In this document: positions 1-13,532 of the stretch, piece by piece
Position numbering within the stretch: position 1 is the first letter of the stretch
Layout of the letters: the number at the start of each line of letters is the position of its first letter
Assembly (NCBI GenBank): GCA_012295275.1
Contig: CM022674.1
Coordinates: forward strand, 6,076,001 to 6,140,000
Source: Chrysomallon squamiferum
Lineage: Eukaryota > Animalia > Mollusca
Direction of reading: 5' to 3'
Length of the DNA stretch: 64,000 bases
Made by a program: the position numbers and the translations under genes
The notes under the pieces: generated by a model
The model's input: the letters and a program-made list of their open reading frames with translations, nothing else
What the model was told of the DNA's origin: nothing
Databases searched by the model: none

Positions 1-539
1 GTGTAAGACCCAAACAGTTGGAGTGATGAATAGCGCCATCTGGCGGTTGTGAAACAGCTGTTAAAACAAACTGCTGAATTAGCTGTCCTGTTATAAATAT
101 GTGTTGTTTGTACACATACGTATGATTCGTGGCGTTAAAAGATATATTAGTAATTTATATGTTTTCTTTATGATATTCAATCTCTCTGATTACTCTGTAT
201 GTATATATGTATGTATGTATATCCGTGTGTGTGTGTGTGTTTGTGTATGTCTGTTCGTTGTGTTTGGGTGTGTGCATGTATAGATGTATTTTTAAAAAAA
301 AAATTCCGCTGAATACATGGCACGTTTTACAAATATTGTAAAATAAAAATTAAATAATATTTAACAATAACTATTTAGTAATATATTGTGAAAAAAATAA
401 TGATTGAAAGTCACAGACACCTTGCAAAGTATTACTCATTGAAAGTAACCTTAATTTTGTTCTGGTTTGATAAATACTGAATGTTACTTTCAGTCTTCAA
501 GAGGATATTTAAATATTATTTTCTAGATATTTGCTATAT

Positions 540-582
<43 letters not shown>

Positions 583-770
583 TTATTATTCTTTAATTGT
601 TTTGTAATTTTTTTTTTTTTTTTTAAATATTATAATTACAGTTTTTTTTTTCTTTCTTTCTCTCTTTTTTTCTGAAGATATTTATACGCGGTTTCTTAAA
701 ACTCTTCAGGCAAACAATATTTTTAATAAAACTGTTTTTTTTTGTTTTTTTTTTTAATTAAAAAATACAG

Positions 771-1190
771 TGAAACCGCAAATTAATAGTTTATCTACTG
801 AAGTTAAACTGTTGCGCCCGACAGCCATTGCTGAGCTGGTATTTAATGTCTACAAAAATATTCACACACTGCTAACTAACAGCGAATATCTCTACAACGA
901 TTCAGTCTCGCGCTCCACTGAGCATCTAAAGCCTATAGCAAAATTCCATGCCAGACTGAGTCACGTTACAAAGCAATATCGATTAACGCTACTGCCACAT
1001 CGATTTGGTAACGAAGCCAAACCCGCCTCCGAAACAACCCGACTACTGACGGAAACCACGACTACGACATGCCATCAGGCAGCGACGTTCCTACCTGTAG
1101 CTACGTCAACAACGTGGATGGATGCGCTGGGTAGGTATCTCACTTTTGAACGGAAATGGTTTTAAATATTCACGCATCGGACGCATGTTC

Positions 1191-1221
<31 letters not shown>

Positions 1222-1294
1222 CTTTTTTCGAGAAATTTCTTGTTTTGCCGTAGGTCGAAAGTACAGCAAATGTCGGGGCGACACGACGGAATAG
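771..1294 (+). CDS. Probable last two coding exons (771-1130, 1254-1294) of an unidentified gene entering from the left
   Basis: Poly-T then tacAG acceptor at 769-770; 360-nt open, non-repetitive exon; GTAGGT donor at 1131; poly-T and TAG acceptor at 1251-1253; phase-consistent continuation GRKYSKCRGDTTE* (TAG 1292-1294). No family motif recognised. Confidence 0.4.
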
Positions 1295-2650
1295 AAACTT
1301 CGCTGGCATTGATTGTACGGGCCAGGTATAAAGCGTTTTATTTGTAATCCAGTAACATATATTTGATAATAATAATAATAATAAAAAAACAACAACTTTT
1401 GTATAGGTAAACTTGATACCGACCACTGTCTGAATGTGATATAGTTTCTAATGTTACTTTTTCAACATCTGTTATTAGTGTTAGACACACACACACACAC
1501 ACACACACAAAACACACACACGCATACACGCACACACACAACTATTAGTACAGCTGCTGCTGCTGCTGTTACCACAATACGACTGCGACAGCAGTGACGT
1601 CTACCACTGCGTTTCCTAATGCTGCTACTGTTGAACTGTTACAACAGTATTAAATTATTTTACTACCATACCAAGTCACTGTTACCGCGACTGTAATTAC
1701 CACAACTACCACTTCATTACTACTTTCATTTCTGTCGCTGCTTTTCTGTCTACTACTGTACAAACTACAACTACTACAAACTGTTCCTACAACGATTACA
1801 ACTGTTCCTTTTATACTACTAATAATAACCCTACTATTATCTAAGGCAAATTACACTACTATTACTACCATTATTACTACTACTATTACCACTACTACTG
1901 ACATCTATTACTATTACTTTTAGTATACTATTACTATTAGTATGAATATTACAATGCTTTAACACTAGCCATTGTTATCTAATTAACTGTGCTATCTCTG
2001 TAAATGTGTTTCTCGCTTTCCCTTTCAAATATGTATCTTACAATAAAACAAGCAAACAACACAAAAAGCATTAATTTCCATACAACATATACGCACGCGC
2101 GCACACAAACACATTCATCACATATTCACACACAAACAGTAATTAACAAACAAAAATTGAAAACCAACAACACATGTATATTCTATGCTGGCAATCGCAA
2201 CAATAAAATGATAGTAAACAAGAACAATAAAATAATAATAATAATAACAAAAAAAACAAAAAAAACGAACAAAAAGCAAACGAAAAAGAAAACGCAAAAA
2301 GCATTAATGTCCACGTTACATGTACAGACACAGACACACACAGACATTCATCATATTCACATACGCAAAAAATATAAACAAACAAACAAACAAAAATCCC
2401 TTGTCATTTAAAACCAACAACATGTGATTATTCTATGCGGTATACATACGCACCATTAGTAAAATACTGATATGTAATCTAACAGTTAATGTGGCATAAA
2501 GTACACAATAGAAATAACTGTATCACTACGTGTCGAAGAAATTAAATAAATCTTTGTCCGTTCTATGGCGCCGGCTTTGACCTGTGGTTTAACGTAACCT
2601 TGGCTACCACCCTGCAACATTCTTAACATGTTTTTAGCGGAATTGATAAC

Positions 2651-2660
2651 GTCACGTGAT
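2651..2660. promoter_or_regulatory. CLEAR-like E-box GTCACGTGAT upstream of the SLC7A14-like gene
   Basis: Motif read directly, about 800 bp upstream of the first coding exon; 9/10 match to the TFEB/MITF CLEAR consensus GTCACGTGAC. Function is inferred. Confidence 0.35.
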
Positions 2661-3499
2661 TATGGGTCACGCAAATCGGAAAAACCCGAGACGTTCTTGA
2701 AACGAGAAGCAGACGATTAGAATACGGCGGGAATTTTACTAAAGATGAAATAAATATTAAAGTATATACATTTAAATTTTAAATAAATATTTCTATGAGA
2801 TAAGATTAATAAAATAAACTGTTAGTTACATTATTTTCTGTTATTCCTAAATATCAACCGGAAGATTTAATTATTGTTTCTTTTCTGAAGCGGTTAAATC
2901 GATAATTATTACATGCAACAGATGCGCAAAATCCAGCAATAATATTTCAAATAAACACTAGTATAACACAACAGTAGAAAATGACAATAAAATAAATTTT
3001 AGATAAATAAAAATAATTTTGTCGAAAACATTTTCCTCTTCTATAATTTGACAGTAATTTGTATAATTTGTTTTTATTATTAACAGCAACAACAGACGAC
3101 ACAAATTGATTATAATCGATTTAAACCAAACTAATTAAAGATAAGCTCACATAACTGACAACAGTGTCAAAATTGAATTTAATAAAACTGAATTCAGTTA
3201 AATTTAGCACAAACTAAACCAGTGAAAGAAAAAACACGTAATAACGAGTTTATATAAAAACGGGAATGTAAAAATATGTTTCAACGTGAATAGCAATGTC
3301 TGTGTGTTCGATCTACTGATCATAATATTTTTTTGCATTCTTTATTTTTTCTTCTTCTTCTTCTTCTTCTTCTTATCACCACCACCATCATCATCCTCAT
3401 CATCATCATCTTGTTCTTATTTTATTATTATTATTTTTATATATATATTTCTTTCGCTTTTCCAGGGTACTAAACACAAACTGACATGGATTACCGGAA

Positions 3500-3908
3500 A
3501 TGAGGTCGACCGTTTTACGGCTGCTGAGCCGAATATCACGCCGCAGACATTTGGAGACCTCAGTACCAGAAGGCGATGAGCGGGACTTCAAAAAGTGCCT
3601 GTCGACCTTTGACCTCGTTGCCCTCGGGGTGGGGAGTTGCTGCGGGACGGGCATGTACCTGACGGTGGGGCTGGTGGCAAAAGAAGTGGCGGGTCCCGGT
3701 GCCGTGTTTGCGTTCATCGTGGCAGGGATCGGGTCATTGTTGTCAGGTGTGTACGTCGTGTGTGTGTGTATGCGTGTGTGTCCGACATGCATGTTTTGCA
3801 CATTTATATTGATATACTGTCACGCGCGCGCGCGAACTCAAACACACGCACGCACGGTTTCACTTTTCAAGTTTATAGAATTTTAAACTATCAGATGAAC
3901 TAATTTTT

Positions 3909-3991
<83 letters not shown>

Positions 3992-4051
3992 TTATTTATT
4001 ATTATTATTATTTATTATTATTATTATTATTTATTATTAATATTATTATTA

Positions 4052-4086
<35 letters not shown>

Positions 4087-4097
4087 GTTTATTATGT

Positions 4098-4136
<39 letters not shown>

Positions 4137-4593
4137 TTGATTCTTAGGGATATGCTATGCAGAGCTGGCTTCGTCTTGTCCAAGGACCTCGGGCTCTGCG
4201 TACACGTACAGTTACGTCACAGTCGGAGAACTGGTTGCTTACGTCATTGGGTGGGGACTGATTGTTGAATACGTCATAGGAACAGCGGCAGGGGCCGTCG
4301 CATTGAGCGCCACACTCGACTCCATTTGTAACTTTGCTTTCAGTAAATTTCCAGAGCTTCATTTTACTGTAGGAGGTATGTGTGGGTTTTTTTCTTCTCC
4401 ATTTTTATTATAAATATTGATTTTCTTCTTATTATTAGGTTTAGTGTTGTTGTTGTTGTATTTTTATGTTTTTGTTATTATTACTGACGTAGTTATCATG
4501 TTGTTGTTGCCGTTATTATCGTTATTCTCTTTGTCGTTATTGTTTTATTATGTAATTAGTAATTCGTGGTAACGCTACTTGCATTTAATGAAT

Positions 4594-4624
<31 letters not shown>

Positions 4625-7600
4625 TTTTAATATATGTGAATATTACGTATTAACTAGTGGACGTTTTTCTGCGTATGTATGTATGTATGTTTGAGAGAGA
4701 GAGAGGGAAAAACGAAAGAGAGAGTTAATTGTGTGAAAGAAGGAAAGATGAACAGACACGTGCAGAGTTGAGGAAACAGTTACAACCACATAACAACAGC
4801 AGCAATAGCAACATCAACAACAATGAAATAATTTAAAATAAAAACTAAAATGTAAAACTTTAGGGCGACCATATTTTGACATCGTATCCATCGTCGTCTG
4901 TCTGACCTTGACCTTTGTCCTGGCCTACGGCGTGGAGCTGTCGACCACCATGAACAACGTTCTCACCGTCATCAACGCTGTCGTCTGGATTTTCTTCATC
5001 GGTGCGAGTGCGTCCTTCGCGCAGACTTCAAACTGGACCAAGCACGGGTTTCTTCCGTTTGGATTCAAAGGGGTAGGTCTTGTTATTAACAACTGGTTTG
5101 TAAAGATAATGATAACGAGGATGACGACGATGATGATAATAATGATGATAAGATGATGAAATGATGATGATAAATGTTCATAATAGTTTTGGTAATAATA
5201 ATGGCTAACAAGAATAACTACAATTATTATTACACGAGCATTAATATAATAATTAATAATAATGTAAAAAATAAAAATAAAATACAAAATATATATAAAC
5301 AAATATATACAAGCAAAGCAAACGCACCAATACACAAAAACAAACACAAAGTAAAACATAAAATAAACAAAAAATATGATAAACATTCTGGCAAAACAAA
5401 ACAAAAAATATAAAAAAAAAAAAAAAAAAAAAAAAATCAACGAAAACAAAAACATCGTAATACATTTTGATCTATATTTTTATTTAAAAATCGTCTCTTT
5501 TCGGCTCTTGCAGGTAATTCAAGCACTGCCGATCTGTTACTTTGCTTTCATTGGTTTCGACACGGTGGCGTCCTCGGGTCAAGAAGCCAGGGACCCGCAG
5601 AAGTCGATTCCTCGATCCATTCTGCTTTCAGTCGCCATCAACACGCTTGCCTTCTGCTCCGTGACCCTCTGCCTCACTCTGGCTCTGCCCTACTTCTCTC
5701 TACACAGCAGCACCGCAATGGTCGACGTCTTCGGCCAGCGACAGGCGCCGTTGGCGAAGTACGTCGTGTCCGTTGGCGCCGTGTGCGCTTTGTTCGCAGC
5801 GACGTTTGGTTCTTTCTTTCCACTGCCGCGAGTCCTGTTTGCCATGGCTGATGATGGCTTGATTTTTAAGTATGTGACATAGTAATCATTTCTTTAATTC
5901 TGTTATCTTTCTGTCTGTCATTCTTTGATATTTAAGTATGTGAAGTAGTAATCATTTCTTTAATTCTGTTATCTTTCTGTCTGTCATTCTTTGATATTTA
6001 AGTATGTGAAGTAGTAATCATTTCTTTAATTCTGTTATCTTTCTTTGATTTTTAAGTATGTGACATAGTAATCATTTCTTTAATTCTGTTATCTTTCTTT
6101 GATTTTTAAGTATGTGAAATAGTAATCATTTCTTTAATTCTGTCATCTTTCTGTCTGTCATTCTTTGATATTTAAGTATGTGAAGTAGTAATCATTTCTT
6201 TAATTCTGTTATCTTTCTTTGATTTTTAAGTATGTGACATAGTAATCATTTCTTTAATTCTGTTATCTTTGATTTTTAAGTATGTGAAGTAGTAATCATT
6301 TCTTTAATTCTGTTATCTTTCTGTCTGTCATTCTTTGATATTTAAGTATGTGAAGTAGTAATCATTTCTTTAATTCTGTTATCTTTCCGTCTGTCTTTCT
6401 TTGATATTTAAGTATGTGAAGTAGTAATCATTTCTTTAATTCTGTTTCTCTTTGATTTTTAAGTATGTGAAATAGTAATCATTTCTTTAATTCTGTCATC
6501 TTTCTGTCTGTCATTCTTTGATATTTAAGTATGTACAATAGAATCATTTCTTTAATTCTGTTATCTTTCTTTGATTTTTAAGTAATGTGAAGTAGTAATC
6601 ATTTCTCTAATTCTGTTATCTTTCTGTCTGTCATTCTTTGATTTTTAAGTAATGTGAAGTAGTAATCATTTCTTTAATTCTGTTATCTTTCTTTCTTTGA
6701 TGTTAATGTCTGAAATAGTAATCATTTCTTTAATTCTGTTTCTCTTTGATTTTTAAGTATGTGAAATAGGAATCTTTTCTTTAATTCTGTTTCTCTTTGA
6801 TTTTTAAGTATGTGAAATAGGAATCTTTTCTTTAATTCTGTTTCTCTTTGATATTTAAGTATGTGACGTAGTAATCATTTCTTTAATTGTTTCTCTTTGA
6901 TGTTTAAGTATGTGAAATAGTAATCATTTCTTTAATTGTTTCTCTTTGATGTTTAAGTATGTGAAATACTAATCATTTCTTTAATTCTGTTTCTCTTTGA
7001 TTTTTAAGTATGTGAAGTAGTAATCATTTCTTTAATTCTGTTATCTTTGATTTTTAAGTATGTGAAGTAGTAATCATTTCTGTAATTCTGTTATCTTTGA
7101 TTTTTAAGTATGTGAAGTAGTAATCATTTCTTTAATTCTGTTATCTTTCTTTCTTTGATGTTAATGTCTGAAATAGTAATCATTTCTTTAATTCTGTTTC
7201 TCTTTGATGTTTAAGTATGTGAAATACTAATCATTTCTTTAATTCTGTTATCTTTCTGTCTGTCTTTCTTTGATGTTAATGTCTGAATAGTAATCATTTC
7301 TTTAATTCTGTTTCTCTTTGATATTTAAGTATGTGACATAGTAATCATTTCTTTAATTCTGTTTCTCTTTGATATTTAAGTATGTGAAATAGTAATCATT
7401 TCTTTAATTCTGTTTCTCTTTGATATTTAAGTATGTGACATAGTAATCATTTCTTTAATTCTGTTTCTCTTTGATATTTAAGTATGTGACATAGTAATCA
7501 TTTCTTTAATTCTGTTTCTCTTTGATATTTAAGTATGTGAAATAGTAATCATTTCTTTAATTCTGTTTCTCTTTGATATTTAAGTATGTGACATAGTAAT

Positions 7601-8674
7601 CATTTCTTTAATTCTGTTTCTCTTTGATATTTAAGTATGTGACATAGTAATCATTTTTTTTAATTCTGTTATCTTTCTTTGATGTTAATGTGTGAAATAG
7701 TAATCATTTCTTTAATTCTGTTTCTCTTTGATATTTAAGTATGTGAAATAGTAATCATTTCTTTAATTCTGTTTCTCTTTGATATTTAAGTATGTGAAAT
7801 AGTAATCATTTCTTTAATTCTGTTTCTCTTTGATATTAATGTCTGTGAAATAGTAATCATTTCTTTAATTCTGTAATCTTTCTTTGATGTTAATGTCTGA
7901 AATAGTAATCATTTCTTTAATTCTGTTTCTCTTTGATATTTAAGTATGTGAAATAGTAATCATTTCTTAAATTCTGTTATCTTTCTTTCTTTGATGTTAA
8001 TGTGTGAAATGGTACTTATTTCTTTAATTTTGTTATCTTTCTTTGATGTTAATGTCTGAAATAGTAATCATTTCTTTAATTCTGTTTCTCTTTGTCTTTC
8101 TTTCTTTGATGTTAATGTCTGAAATAGTAATCATTTCTTTAATTCTGTTTCTCTTTGTCTTTCTTTCTTTGATGTTAATGTCTGAAATAGTAATCATTTC
8201 TTTTATTCTGTCATTCTTTGATGTTAATGTCAGAAATATTAATTATTTCTTTTTGTTATCTTTCTTTGACGTTAATGTGTGAAATAGTATTCCTTTCTTT
8301 AATTTTGTTATCTTTCTGTCTGTCTCTTTGATACTAATGTCTGAAATAGTCTTTAATTTTGTTATCTTTCTTTGATGTTATTGTGTGAAATAGTATTTAA
8401 TTCTATTATCTTTCTGTCATGTTAATATGTAAAATATCATTTATTTCTTTAATTCTGTTATTATTTCTGCATGTCTTTATTTCAATGATGTTAACATTTA
8501 TTTATCAATAACTGTTTACTATTCATTTTTCTCTTTAACACTGTAATCCTATTTTACATTTATTTGTTTACAAATATTAACGTTTCTTAAAATTATTTTA
8601 TTTCATTAAAACTGATATTAAAAATGAAAGAATATTTGCTATGAAAGATTAATATATTTAATAGAATGTGTGTA

Positions 8675-8756
<82 letters not shown>

Positions 8757-10938
8757 AACGAGGTCGAAATAGAAATATGCCAGAATAAAAAACGAACGTA
8801 TGACAATCTGTTTTATTATTGTTGTTGATTTTTAAGGCAGTTTGCTAGTCTCTGTCCGACACGAAAAACTCCGAAGGTGGCCACAATAGTAGGAGGTGTG
8901 GTAGCGACCACCCTCGCGGTGACAACCAACCTGAATATGTTAATAGAACTTGTTCTTATAGGTAAGAATAAATGTGTCATGCTTTAATATACTAGCATTT
9001 GTGAGAGCTCTGCCGTTTCGGCTTTATTCAGTTCATATTGTTCAGTTTTTCATCTTTCTCTGCTTTTTATTATTATTATTATTATTGTTAGTTATTATTA
9101 TTATTACTGTTGATGTTGTTATTATTATTATTATTATTGCTGTTACTGTAGATGTTAGTATTATTGCTATTGGTAGTGTTGTTGTTATTATTATTGTTCG
9201 TATTATTTTCCTTGTTAATGATATTATTTTATTTTAATGTTTTCTTTAATATTATTTGTATCATTACAACTACAATTTACTTCCTTTACTACCTCTACAA
9301 CGTCTCTACATATGCTATACAACAACTGATATTATTATCATTATTACAGTTATTATTATCATCATCCTTCTTGTTATTGTTATTTCTAGGTACTCTAATG
9401 GCCTATGTTCTAGTTGCTGTTTGTGTTCTTTTACTAAGATATTCCAAAATAACCCGCTCCAGCTCTTCAGAAAGCCTGTGCGCAGAACCGGAACTGGAAG
9501 AGGTAACTGACAACGTACGAGCTGAAGATGGCGTCGGAGAAGCTTGCGATGGACTAAACAAAAATATTCCTTCCTGGATGACGGATGGCCCGTCTCCGAC
9601 TATGAAAACTCCGTTGCTTTCCGATTCCGCGGACAGTGTTTTGAAAATGGATGTTGCTAGGTTACGGTGCTATAAGATGCTCGACCATTTCAGAGACACC
9701 CGAATTCTGCTGTTCACGTTGTTGTTGTGTGAGGCAGTGATCAGTGTCGTTTTGGCTAAATTCTTCAACGAGTTGGTCGCCGACGTTGCTGTTGCTGTGT
9801 TCACCGCAGTTGTATCCGTTTTATTTATTATCTGTTTTTGTTTGCTGCTGCACACTACACAGACAGGGTGAGTCTTTATTTTATGGGCATCAGCGTTGTC
9901 AACATCGTCATCATCATTAAACTGATCATTATAATCACCATCTTTGTCAAAATCATGGTAATCCTTATCAGCAGTGTCCCATTATTTCAATATCACTATC
10001 ATGATCATCATGGATATCGTAATTCGTCCTATCATATATCAAAATAACACAGAACCTGCTCAAAGATAATAAAAAAATTTAAATAGTGCAAAATAAGACA
10101 GATTCAGGGTCACAGCCAACATAGTTTCTACATGAGAGAGAAAGGAACTATCATTTTAATCACCAGCTTGTTCTTATTTCAGGTTAACAAACAGTCTGAA
10201 AATAATAATAAAATAAAGAATCAGGGTTGTGGCTATTGTATTTTCCAGGGTGGGGTGGGGGTGGAGATTCAGTTGAACTATCATTTTGTCATGTATGTAA
10301 TATATTTACTTATTTATTTTTTTGTTCAGAGCAATCACATCGTTTAGATCGCCATTTGTTCCAGTCCTGCCTGTAGGAGTAACGTTTTTTAATATTTATT
10401 TAATGGCGTGCCTCAGTGTCGCCACCTGGTGTGCGTTTGCAGGATGGATGACAGTGGGTAAGATCAGATATTTGCAAAGACAAAAATAACTAATAACATA
10501 ATAATAATAATAATAAAAGAAGCCTTTATTAGTGACAACAATGTCAACAATGACAACAACAAAAATAAGAAAAAATACAAAACAAAAAACAATAAATTTC
10601 TTTTTTTTAAATGTAGTAAAAAAGTATATAAAAACCCACAAAAAATAAAAATTTAGAAGCATGAAAACACCATAAAAAGACTTACAACAAAAAAAAAAAC
10701 AAAAACACAAATAACAACACCAACATTAAAAACAAACTAACAAACAAAAGCCTCCACTTGTAACACAATAATGAAAATAATCAAGCAAATATTTATATTT
10801 TTGGCTTTTCCATCTTACCATTATTATAACACATGTATAAAAATATAAGAATGAATTTTTAAAAGCACAAAACCCCATAAAAAGACCAACAACAACCAAA
10901 AAATCCAGAAAATTAAAAATGTTAAATGAAAAAAAAAA

Positions 10939-10989
<51 letters not shown>

Positions 10990-11204
10990 AGAAGCAAAAG
11001 CCCCTACTTATAATAATAAAATAATAAAAACAATCAAGCAAATAAAAATATCTTTGGTTTCTTCCTCTTCTCATTATCATCATCATCATTATTATTATTA
11101 TTATTATTATTATAGGATTTCTTCTCTATTTCTGTCATGGAATTAAACGGAGTAAGCTGGAAGCAAAAAAACCAGAAGCAGAAATCTTGGGTCCAGGAAC
11201 TTGA
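3500..11204 (+). CDS. SLC7A14: Cationic amino acid transporter, SLC7A14-like (APC superfamily), 8 coding exons, 619 aa
   Basis: Exons 3500-3746, 4148-4375, 4864-5072, 5514-5869, 8837-8961, 9390-9867, 10330-10457, 11116-11204; all GT-AG and phase-consistent, 1860 nt in total. Motifs [15 protein letters not shown] (GVGSCxGTGMY is the SLC7A14-type TM1), [62 protein letters not shown] and C-terminal [16 protein letters not shown]. Confidence 0.93.
5859..8440 (+). repeat. Minisatellite (~50-66 bp units, roughly 45 copies) made from the exon 4/intron 4 junction of the SLC7A14-like gene
   Basis: Unit TTGAT(T/A)TTTAAGTATGTGA(C/A)(A/G)TAGTAATCATTTCTTTAATTCTGTT... starts inside the last codons of exon 4 (TTG ATT TTT AA|GTATGT) and degrades towards the 3' end to GATGTTAATGTCTGAAATAGT. 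Confidence 0.95.
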
Positions 11205-11313
11205 AACATATCACTGCATGAACAGGGAATAACTTATACATGGAGAAACACATACACAGGGATTGTTAAATAAAAATGGTCTTCCACTTAATTCTGCTTG
11301 TTATCACCTTCAT

Positions 11314-11365
<52 letters not shown>

Positions 11366-11418
11366 GTGTGATGCACATAATGTCTGTCTGTCTGTATATG
11401 TGTATGTATGTATTTCAG

Positions 11419-11590
11419 GATTTGGATATTCCCTGTCTTGTGTATGTCAGATTAAACTCTGCAATATTTGGGAATGCACCAGCACAGGAGGACAAAGTCC
11501 AATCACAACCTCACAAACCCCACCAGATGCCAATGAGAAGACTCAAATGTACACCAAAGGCTGACAGCCTTACCACTGAAACCCTACAGT
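11419..11590 (-). mobile_element. Degenerate copy of a tRNA-derived SINE family
   Basis: Shares GCACAGGAGGACAAAGTCCAATCACAACCTCACAAACCC...GAGAAGACTCAAATGTA with 27570-27749 and 17125-17245. Confidence 0.6.
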
Positions 11591-11773
11591 AATAACAACA
11601 ACAACAACAGCAGCAGCAGCAGCAACAGCAACAACAACAACAACAACAACCACCACCACCACCACCACCACCACCACCACCACCACAACAAGTCCAGGAG
11701 ATGTGCAGATAATAGTAAATATTGTATCTCTTTGACAAACTATAAAATAGAGTTGTCATCCTTTGCTTTCTTG

Positions 11774-13500
11774 TTAACAATTCTGAGACAGAAATGCTAC
11801 ACACACAGACATTACCAGAACAGACATGTGGACAAGATTTGGCTGCACATTGCTTTTTGTATCACTATCCTTGTCACTGTCACTTGTACAGTTCTCAGTA
11901 TCTGGAAATAAATAAATAAATAAATAAATAAGGAAATGAATGAATGAATAAAAGAATGAATAATGAACAAACATCATTAAAAGGAAAAAATATTAATAAA
12001 TAAACACAAAATAACTGAGATAAGTAAATGGATAATACAGGATAAATAAATAAATGAATAAATGAATGAACAAATGAATGAACAAATGAACAAATAAAAA
12101 AATATATATAAAAAAAATAATTATAGTATATTGAATATATTGATCGTTTGTTTTATGAATTAAAGTTTAAAAATATTTATATTTTAATGTTTTTATAATA
12201 TATATGTTCACCATATACACACACACATATAAAGTAACACATTAACAAACTTACTCCTATATAGATTCCAGAGTAATCCTCTTTGTCTTCGTTCACATAA
12301 ATAAATGAATGAATGAATAAATGAATGAACAAATGATCAAACAAACAAATAAAAATATATAAAAAATAATTGTTATTGAATATATGATGTTTGTTTCTTG
12401 AATTAAAGTTTAAACATTTATTTTTAATTATCTATAAATATATACATACATATACACACACATATAAAGTAACATATTAACGAACTTACTTCTATATTGG
12501 TTCCATTGTAATCCTCTTGATGTATGTTCACAACGCAAACAGTAAGGTGATGGACATATAGCACCAAATACATAGCAGTCATAATCTTCTATACAGTAGT
12601 CCTACAAGAAGTGGTAATAGCAGTAGCAGTAGTAGAATTAATAATAATAATAATAGCAGTAGTAGTATTAATAATAATAATAGTAGTAATGATAATGATG
12701 ATGGTGATAATAATAATACTAATAATAATGATGATGATGATTATAATGATAATAATTATGATACTAACAACAATAATAAAAGTAATAATAATAATGATGA
12801 TCACAATAATAATGATGATAATAATTACAGTAACAATAATGATAATAATGACAGTGATAATAATATTGATGATGAAGATGATGATGATGATAACAGTAAT
12901 AACATAATGAGTAAACTGTAAAATATTAAATTAGGCATTGATAAAACTTTGAAAAAAAAAACAACATCTTCCCTTGTTATTAAATGTTTCTAAATGAAAA
13001 TGTCATAGAGACAAACAGAATAATAACAGACATACAGACCAGGTTTAGCTTACTTTGTAATTTGGTGGATCTGGACCACACCCAGGAACAGCTGAAAAAC
13101 AAATGAGTAAAAAAAAAAAAACAACAAATAATTACATATACAATTGAATAAACAAATAAAAAAATGAATGAATGAACCAACAAACAGTCAAAGAACTAAA
13201 CCAATAAAGAACTAAAATGAAAGAATTAACGAATGACAAATCTACTGATAAACGAATTAGTAAATAACAAACAACTACAACGAATAATATTTTCATTTTG
13301 AAAAAAATTTAAAATTAAAACTGAATTTATTACTTTTATTTTAAACACAAAGCACTACTAATAGGCAGAACAAATACATAAACTGTCAATCAATCATCAT
13401 TATTGCCATTTTATTTTAACTGTAATTTTATTTATTATTTTGGAGGTCAATAATAAAAATATGACATAATAATAAAATAACAATAATAATAACTATTATT

Positions 13501-13532
<32 letters not shown>

